A stretch of DNA of 64,000 bases, from assembly GCA_963812015.1 (NCBI GenBank), contig CAWETI010000003.1, forward strand, positions 1,120,001 through 1,184,000, given 5' to 3'. The first letter of the stretch is position 1, and every line of letters starts with the position of its first letter. Origin of the DNA: an uncultured delta proteobacterium. GTDB taxonomy: Bacteria; Desulfobacterota; Desulfobaccia; Desulfobaccales; 0-14-0-80-60-11. The notes below the pieces were generated by a model. That model was not told where the DNA came from and did not search any database. It was given only the letters and a program-made list of their open reading frames with translations. Shown here one piece after another: positions 57,627 to 64,000 of the stretch. The translations under genes and the position numbers were made by a program.

Positions 57627-58661
57627 ATGGATTTTTTTAAGCGTCATTTCTTTGTGGCCTTGTCTGCGGTCCTGGGACTGATCATTATCGCCTACGTGGG
57701 AGCCAGGGGCAATGTGCAGATCGTCTTTGGGGTGGTCGTGCCCTATCTGGCCGCGCTCATCTTCGTGGAGGGCGTGATCTACCGGGTCATCCAGTGGGCC
57801 CGGTCGCCGGTACCCTTCCGGATTCCCACCACCGCCGCGCAGAACCGTTCCCTGCCCTGGATCGAGCGGAACCTGGGGGAGAAGCTGGATAATCCCGCCG
57901 ACACTCCCCATCTCATCGGCCGCATGGCCCTGGAAGTGTTGGCCTTCCGGAGCCTGTTCCGGAACCTGCGGACGGAACTGGTGAAGGACCCGGACAACCC
58001 CGAAGGTGCCCGGCTCATTCACTGGTCCTACAAGTGGCTGTGGCTGGGAGCCATCGCTTTCCACTACGCCTTTCTGGTGGTCATTCTGCGCCACCTCCGG
58101 TTCTTCACCGAACCGGTGTTATTCCCCATCAACCTGCTCTCCGAGGTGGACGGCTTCTTCCAGTTCTTCACGCCGGCAGTGTATTTGAGCGGCGTCGTCC
58201 TCGTGGTGGCCGTGGCTTACCTTTTGTTCCGCCGGATCACCAATCCGACCCTGCGCTACATCTCCCTGGCGGCGGATTACTTTCCACTGCTCCTGATCCT
58301 GGCCATCGGGCTCACCGGGATCCTCATGCGGTATTACTTCAAGACGGACGTGGTGGCGGTGAAGGAGTTGGCCATCGGCCTGGTGACCTTGCATCCCCAG
58401 ATACCGGCGAACATCAGTTCCCTCTTTTACGTCCACCTCTTTTTAGTCTGCGTGCTCTTTGCCTATTTCCCCTTTAGCAAGCTGATGCACGCTCCGGGGG
58501 TGTTCATGAGTCCCACCCGGAACCTGACCTGCAACAACCGTTGGGTCCTGCACGTCAACCCCTGGAACTATCCCGTCAAGTTCCATTCGTATGCGGAATA
58601 TGAAGATAAGTTTAGGGAACCCATGATCGAAGCGGGGATCCCGGTCGAAAAGGAGCAATGA
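57627..58661 (+). CDS. dsrM: DsrM, membrane cytochrome b subunit
   Basis: PVPFRIPTT, FRSLFRN, FHY..RHLRFF, PFSKLMH. Confidence 0.95.
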   Translation: MDFFKRHFFVALSAVLGLIIIAYVGARGNVQIVFGVVVPYLAALIFVEGVIYRVIQWARSPVPFRIPTTAAQNRSLPWIERNLGEKLDNPADTPHLIGRMALEVLAFRSLFRNLRTELVKDPDNPEGARLIHWSYKWLWLGAIAFHYAFLVVILRHLRFFTEPVLFPINLLSEVDGFFQFFTPAVYLSGVVLVVAVAYLLFRRITNPTLRYISLAADYFPLLLILAIGLTGILMRYYFKTDVVAVKELAIGLVTLHPQIPANISSLFYVHLFLVCVLFAYFPFSKLMHAPGVFMSPTRNLTCNNRWVLHVNPWNYPVKFHSYAEYEDKFREPMIEAGIPVEKEQ

Positions 58662-58665
58662 GTTT

Positions 58666-60303
58666 ATGGCCAAGGTTCCGACACCAGCAGATCTGCTCAC
58701 TGGGTTAAGCTACAAGCCGCCGGAGAAAGGCTGGATGGACGTCAAGCCGGACTTTCGGCCGGGCACCTATTGTAATTCGGCCAATCCCAAGTGGATGGAA
58801 TGGCTCAGCTACCCCTTCCCCCGCGCCTGGTCGGTGACCGACGAGGATTGGCAGTTGCCTAAGGATTGGAAGGAAATCATCTTGCAGGGGATGGAAGACC
58901 GGCTGAAACGCTTCCGGTCCCTCAAGGTCTTTTTCGATATCTGCGTCCGCTGCGGGGCCTGCGCCGACAAGTGCCACTTCTTCCTGGGCACGGGCGATCC
59001 CAAGAACATGCCGGTCCTCCGGGCCGAGCTCTTACGGTCGGTGTACCGGCGCTACTTCAAGACGATCGGCCGGGCCCTGGGCGAAATCGCCGGCGCCCGG
59101 GACCTCACCGAAGACGTCATCAAGGAGTGGTTCTTCTACCTGCACCAGTGCACCATCTGCCGGCGGTGTTCGCTGTTCTGCCCCTACGGCATCGACATGG
59201 CGGAGATGACCATCCTGGGCCGGGAGCTGCTGGCCTCGGTGGGCGTAAACATCGACTGGGCCATGGCTTCGGTGGCCCAGTGCTACGACAAAGGCAGCCA
59301 CATCGGCGCCACCCCTCAGGCCTTCAAGGACATGGTCGACTTCCTGGCCGAGGAAAACGAGCGGGTCACCGGCATTAGCACCATCCCATCCATTAACCGC
59401 AAGGGCGCCGAGGTCCTCTTTGTCATGCCCTCCGGCGACTACTTCGCCGACCCCGGCACCTTCACCATGATGGGCTACATGCTGTTGTTCGAACATATCG
59501 GCCTGGACTACACGCTCAGCACCTACGCCGCCGAAGGCGGCAACTTCGGCTGGTTCATCTCCCACGAGATGGGGAAAAGGCTCAACGCCAAGATCTATCA
59601 CGAGGCCAAGCGCCTGGGAGTAAAATGGATTTTGGGCGGCGAGTGCGGCCACATGTGGCGGGTGTGCAACCAGTACATGCCTACCTGGTGGGGCCCGGTG
59701 GACTTCCTGGAGGAGCCGGTATCCCCCATCACCGGCACTAAGTTCGAGAACGCCACGGTCCACAAGATGGTGCACATCTCGGAATTCACCGCCGACCTGA
59801 TCCACCACGGCAAGTTGAACCTGGATCCCCAGAGAAACGCCCACATCAAACTGACCTTTCATGACTCCTGCAACACCGCTCGGGGCATGGGGATCTTGGA
59901 AGAGCCGCGCTACATCATTAACAACGTTCTGCCCGAGGGGAACTTCGTAGAGATGCCCCCCAACACTATCCGGGAGAAGGCCTTCTGCTGCGGCAGTTCC
60001 AGCGGCATCAACGCCAACGAGAACATGGAGCTCCGCATGCAGGGCGGCTTCCCCCGGGCCAACGCCGTGCGCTACGTGCATGACAAATACGGGGTGAACC
60101 ACCTGGGCTGCATCTGCGCCCTGGACCGGGCCACCCTCCCCACCCTGCTGCAGTACTGGGTGCCGGAAGTGGAGATCACGGGCATCAGCGAACTGGTGGG
60201 CAATGCCCTGGTATTCCCGGACGAGATCGAGCGCACCACCGACCTCCGCGACCGCGACCTGGTAGGCTTCGGCGAGGAGGAGGGCGGGGAGGAAGAGGAA
60301 TAA
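58666..60303 (+). CDS. dsrK: DsrK, HdrD-like Fe-S/CCG subunit
   Basis: CVRCGACADKCHF, CTICRRC..CP.GID, GECGH, HDSC, CCG. Confidence 0.95.
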   Translation: MAKVPTPADLLTGLSYKPPEKGWMDVKPDFRPGTYCNSANPKWMEWLSYPFPRAWSVTDEDWQLPKDWKEIILQGMEDRLKRFRSLKVFFDICVRCGACADKCHFFLGTGDPKNMPVLRAELLRSVYRRYFKTIGRALGEIAGARDLTEDVIKEWFFYLHQCTICRRCSLFCPYGIDMAEMTILGRELLASVGVNIDWAMASVAQCYDKGSHIGATPQAFKDMVDFLAEENERVTGISTIPSINRKGAEVLFVMPSGDYFADPGTFTMMGYMLLFEHIGLDYTLSTYAAEGGNFGWFISHEMGKRLNAKIYHEAKRLGVKWILGGECGHMWRVCNQYMPTWWGPVDFLEEPVSPITGTKFENATVHKMVHISEFTADLIHHGKLNLDPQRNAHIKLTFHDSCNTARGMGILEEPRYIINNVLPEGNFVEMPPNTIREKAFCCGSSSGINANENMELRMQGGFPRANAVRYVHDKYGVNHLGCICALDRATLPTLLQYWVPEVEITGISELVGNALVFPDEIERTTDLRDRDLVGFGEEEGGEEEE

Positions 60304-60304
60304 C

Positions 60305-60802
60305 ATGGCCGACTACAAGAACGAATTTGGGGTTTTTGGAGAGCGTCCGAAGGTCGAAAAAAAGCTCTTCGACCGCAATAAGGTCATTGCCGGCGTGGTG
60401 ATCTTCCTGGTGATGATTACCATTCCGCTGTGGCAAAACCTGGGGAAAACCGTGGCGCCGCCGGCCCCCAAGCTGGATACGCCGGCCATTCAGAAACTGG
60501 CCGAGAAAGATAAAAAGTGCGTGATGCCCACGGAATGGATGCGGGCCAACCACATGCAGATGCTCGTGGATTGGCGGGAAAACGTGGTCCGCACCAAAGA
60601 GCAGCAGGTTACCACCAGCCGGGGGAGAGAATTTGTCGCTCCCGATGGGAAACAATACCTTGCCAGCCTTACCAATACCTGCTTGGAATGTCACTCCAAC
60701 AAAGCTCAATTTTGCGATCAATGTCACAACTATGTGTCGGTAGCGCCTAATTGTTTTGGGTGCCACCTGGAAACGGGCAAGAAGCTGGCGGAGGCGAAGT
60801 GA
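60305..60802 (+). CDS. dsrJ: DsrJ, triheme cytochrome c
   Basis: CV..MR..HM..L..WR, CLECH, CDQCH, CFGCH. Confidence 0.93.
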   Translation: MADYKNEFGVFGERPKVEKKLFDRNKVIAGVVIFLVMITIPLWQNLGKTVAPPAPKLDTPAIQKLAEKDKKCVMPTEWMRANHMQMLVDWRENVVRTKEQQVTTSRGREFVAPDGKQYLASLTNTCLECHSNKAQFCDQCHNYVSVAPNCFGCHLETGKKLAEAK

Positions 60803-61614
60803 TGGGTATCGACAGAAGAGAATTTATCAGGATAGCCGGACTCTCCACCCTCTTGGGTCTGGGAGGTAAAGGAGCCTTTGAATTATTGGCCCCCGGCCGG
60901 GTAGAGGCCGAGATCATCCCGGCCCCGGGTTCGATGCAAGCCAAACGCTGGGCCATGGTGATCAACCAAAAGAAACTGGATGATGCCACCGCCCAGCAGT
61001 GTATCGATGCCTGCCACCGGGTCCACAATGTCCCGAATTTCACCAATCCCCCGGATGACAAGCTGAAACTTAACCCCGAGGTGGCCAACCGCTACCAGAT
61101 CAAGTGGCTCTGGACCGAGCATTTTCACAACGCCTTCCCCGGGGAGGAGCAGCCGCACCTGGCCGAAAAGGTGGAGCACATGAACTTCTTCGTGCTCTGC
61201 AACCATTGTGCGAATCCTCCTTGCGTGCGGGTGTGTCCCACCAAGGCCACCTTCCAGCGGGAAGACGGCATCGTCATGATGGACATGCACCGCTGCATCG
61301 GCTGCCGCTTTTGCATGGCCGGTTGCCCCTATGGCTCCCGGAGTTTCAACTGGCGTGATCCTCGTCCTTACGTCAAAGAGGTCTTCCCCGGCTATCCCAC
61401 CCGGGAGATCGGGGTGGTGGAAAAGTGCACCTTCTGCGCCGAACGGTTGGCCCAGGGCATGATGCCGGCCTGCGTGGAAGCGTCCGGTGGAGCCATGATC
61501 TTTGGAGACCTGGAGGATGAAAAATCCCAGGTGCGGGAGTACCTCCGGACGTACTTTACCATCCGGCGGAAGGCCCATCTCGGTACGAACCCGCAAGTTT
61601 ACTATATCGTGTGA
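60802..61614 (+). CDS. dsrO: DsrO, periplasmic Fe-S protein
   Basis: Tat signal DRREFI, CNHCANPPCVRVCP, CIGCRFCMAGCPY, KCTFC. Confidence 0.95.
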   Translation: MGIDRREFIRIAGLSTLLGLGGKGAFELLAPGRVEAEIIPAPGSMQAKRWAMVINQKKLDDATAQQCIDACHRVHNVPNFTNPPDDKLKLNPEVANRYQIKWLWTEHFHNAFPGEEQPHLAEKVEHMNFFVLCNHCANPPCVRVCPTKATFQREDGIVMMDMHRCIGCRFCMAGCPYGSRSFNWRDPRPYVKEVFPGYPTREIGVVEKCTFCAERLAQGMMPACVEASGGAMIFGDLEDEKSQVREYLRTYFTIRRKAHLGTNPQVYYIV

Positions 61615-61622
61615 GGTAGGTC

Positions 61623-62780
61623 ATGCTTGAAAAGGCGCTGGTCGGTACGAAACGGTACTACGGATTGCTGGCGATCCTGGCGGGCATCTTCGCGCTGGGG
61701 TTTCTCTTTTATTTAAAGCAGTTACATGTTGGTTTGGGGATCACCGGCATGGGCCGGGACGTGTCCTGGGGGTTCTACATCTCCCAGTTCACCTATCTGG
61801 TCGGCGTGGCGGCCTCGGCGGTCATGGTGGTCCTGCCCTATTACCTCCACAACTACAAGGCCTTCGGCCGGGTGACTATCCTGGGCGAATTCCTGGCGGT
61901 GGCCGCGGTGTCCATGTGCGTCACGTTCGTGCTGGTGGACATGGGGCGGCCCGACCGGGTCTTCAATGTCTTCAAGTATCCCACTCCCGGCTCGGTTATG
62001 TTCTGGGATATCATCGTCCTGAACGGTTATCTTATACTCAATATCCTGATCGGCTGGAACGTCCTGGAATGCGAGCGTCATTCGATAGCGCCGCCCAAAT
62101 GGGTCAAGTTCCTGAGTTATGTTTCCATCCCCTGGGCCGTGAGTATTCACACGGTGACCGCGTTCCTGTATGCCGGTCTGCCCGGGCGGGGCTACTGGCT
62201 TACCGCCATCCTGGCGCCCCGGTTCCTGTCTTCGGCCTTTGCCGCAGGCCCGGCGCTGCTTATTCTCCTGTGCCTGCTGGTCCGGAAGTACTCCAAGTTT
62301 GATCCCGGCAAAGAGCAGATTCAGTCCCTGGCCAAAGTCGTCACCTATGCCACTCTGATCAACGTGTTCTTCTTCTTCTGTGAAGTCTTTACGGTGTTCT
62401 ACAGTCAGCTCCCCGACCACATGGCCCATTTCAAATACCTGTTTGTCGGGCTCGACGGCAAGGGCCAACTGGTGCCGTTGATGTGGTTTTCCATCGTGGG
62501 CATGACGGTTGCGGGTCTTTTTTTGGTGAACCCCAAACTCAGAAAAAATGAAACCACCCTGGCGGCTCTCTGCGGTCTGGTCATTATTACCACCTGGCTC
62601 GACAAGGGGCTGGGTCTCATGACCGGCGGTTTTGTGCCCAATACCCTGGAGCATGTCACCGAGTACTGGCCCACCACGCCCGAAGCCATTATCGCCCTGG
62701 GCGTCTGGGCCATGGGGTTCTTGGTCCTTACCTTGCTCTACAAGGTAGCCGTGTCCATCAAGGAAGAAATCAAGGCCTAG
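61623..62780 (+). CDS. dsrP: DsrP, NrfD-family membrane subunit
   Basis: GLGITGMGRDVSWG, DMGRPDR, SIHTVTAFL. Confidence 0.95.
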   Translation: MLEKALVGTKRYYGLLAILAGIFALGFLFYLKQLHVGLGITGMGRDVSWGFYISQFTYLVGVAASAVMVVLPYYLHNYKAFGRVTILGEFLAVAAVSMCVTFVLVDMGRPDRVFNVFKYPTPGSVMFWDIIVLNGYLILNILIGWNVLECERHSIAPPKWVKFLSYVSIPWAVSIHTVTAFLYAGLPGRGYWLTAILAPRFLSSAFAAGPALLILLCLLVRKYSKFDPGKEQIQSLAKVVTYATLINVFFFFCEVFTVFYSQLPDHMAHFKYLFVGLDGKGQLVPLMWFSIVGMTVAGLFLVNPKLRKNETTLAALCGLVIITTWLDKGLGLMTGGFVPNTLEHVTEYWPTTPEAIIALGVWAMGFLVLTLLYKVAVSIKEEIKA

Positions 62781-62819
62781 GTATATCTGACTTTTTTTGC
62801 TCAAGGGAGGTAAAACGTC

Positions 62820-63008
62820 ATGGGTTGGCGAGTCGAAGTGGATACCGATAAGTGCACCGGCGACGAGGAGTGCGTCAACGTTTGTCCCGTAGGCGTGTTC
62901 GAGATGCAGGATGAGAAAGCCGTCCCGGTGAATGAGGACGAGTGTCTAGGTTGCGAAAGTTGTGTTGAAGTCTGCCCCTCGAGCGCCATTACCCTAACCG
63001 AAACCTAG
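62820..63008 (+). CDS. Dicluster ferredoxin (CxxDxxC + CxxCxxC)
   Basis: CTGDEECVNVCP ... CLGCESCVEVCP; GGGAGG RBS. Confidence 0.92.
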   Translation: MGWRVEVDTDKCTGDEECVNVCPVGVFEMQDEKAVPVNEDECLGCESCVEVCPSSAITLTET

Positions 63009-63098
63009 TCTTAGCTGGCAGGCTCCAAGACGTCGACCTGGCCCAGATCGGCGTCTTTTTGTCTTTACTCATACATAATATAAAGGGAGGTGAGTATC

Positions 63099-63287
63099 AT
63101 GGGCTGGGAAGTTGATATCGATGCCGATAAGTGCACCGGCGACGAGGAGTGCGTCAATATTTGTCCCGTAGGCGTGATCGAGATGCAGGGGGATAAAGCC
63201 GTGGCGGTTAATCTCGACGAGTGTCTGGGTTGCGAAAGTTGTGTTGAGGCCTGCCCCTCGGGCGCCATCACCGTAACCGAAACCTGA
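63099..63287 (+). CDS. Second, tandem dicluster ferredoxin
   Basis: CTGDEECVNICP ... CLGCESCVEACP; GGGAGG RBS. Confidence 0.92.
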   Translation: MGWEVDIDADKCTGDEECVNICPVGVIEMQGDKAVAVNLDECLGCESCVEACPSGAITVTET

Positions 63288-63314
63288 ATCGATTATTTTG
63301 CTCTTAATAAGCGG

Positions 63315-63350
63315 AAAACGCCGGCCTGACTTCAGACCGGCGTTTTTTAT
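63315..63350. terminator. Intrinsic (likely bidirectional) terminator
   Basis: aaaacgccgg...ccggcgttttttat. Confidence 0.75.
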
Positions 63351-63530
63351 GGGGCGCTTGACAAAAAGGGGAGGGGGAGGGGTTGCCATCCCGCCTGCCT
63401 CGCCCTCAATTCCCCCTCAAGGCTGCGGTCGCCCCACCCCTTGGGGGGACGTGGCAACCCCGGGTTACCCCAGGGGGATTCAGGAAAATCGCGTGAGAGC
63501 CGTGCCCCCGATCACGCTAGCCAACCCGTT

Positions 63531-63995
63531 TCACTTCGTATAGAGATTGACCAGGTGGACCGGAACCGGGGAGTTGGCCATCACTTTTTTGGCCACGCTG
63601 CCGAAATCGGCGCTCTTCTGGTCGAGCGCGTCATGGCCGCGGCCGTGGCTGGTCAAGACCACCATGTCGGCCTTGGTTTCCTTGGCCACCTTCAGGATTT
63701 CAGTGGCGGCATCGCCCTGCACCAGTTTCACTTCGATATTGGGACAGGCTTTTAATTCCGTTTGACACACCGACTCCAAATGTTTTTTGGCCTGCTTTAA
63801 TTCCCAACTCTGAAAATGTTCTAATTGCTCCGCACTGGGATCGCCATAGGCCCTGAAATAAGACAGCAAATCCACCCCGACAAAGAGAAGGATGACTTTG
63901 GCCTGATACTTCTGGGCGAGTGAAGACACGTGCTTGGCGGCCTTGATCGAATTCTTGGACAAATCTGTGGGCCACAGGATGGTGCGTACTTCCAT
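63531..63995 (-). CDS. Universal stress protein
   Basis: ILWPTDLS, GDAATEIL, DMVVLTSHGR, FGSVAKKV..SPVPV. Confidence 0.9.
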   Translation of the reverse strand: MEVRTILWPTDLSKNSIKAAKHVSSLAQKYQAKVILLFVGVDLLSYFRAYGDPSAEQLEHFQSWELKQAKKHLESVCQTELKACPNIEVKLVQGDAATEILKVAKETKADMVVLTSHGRGHDALDQKSADFGSVAKKVMANSPVPVHLVNLYTK

Positions 63996-64000
63996 CGAAG

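Overview
GC-rich chromosomal window that looks like an anaerobic sulfate-reducing Desulfobacterota (deltaproteobacterial) genome; this taxonomy is inferred from gene content only. From left to right it contains: (1) cobalamin late-pathway genes (cobS partial, cobT, cobU, cobO), an SGNH protein and an AmmeMemoRadiSam radical SAM enzyme. (2) An ~11 kb satellite-like element integrated in tRNA-His (50-bp att repeats at 6621-6670 and 17613-17662). It carries an integrase, excisionase, primase-helicase with ori, a single-polypeptide restriction-modification enzyme and a probable HEPN nuclease. (3) A probable older tandem island holding the most novel locus. This is a minus-strand operon with a 66-aa Tat-signal-like peptide bearing YxD motifs, three radical SAM/SPASM-related proteins, an exported TPR-CHAT (caspase-like) protease and a membrane-anchored partner. 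It is a candidate undescribed RiPP / peptide-modification system. (4) An orange-protein (ORP)-like NifX/Fe-S ATPase operon, a beta-CASP nuclease and an FkbM methyltransferase. (5) Two convergent exopolysaccharide operons, including a nucleotidyltransferase-phosphoglycosyltransferase fusion and a disrupted glycoside hydrolase. (6) A photolyase remnant, GH15, an aldo/keto reductase, dsrT-dsrMKJOP with a Rex-like operator, tandem ferredoxins and a universal stress protein. All calls come from motif reading by eye; no database searches were run.
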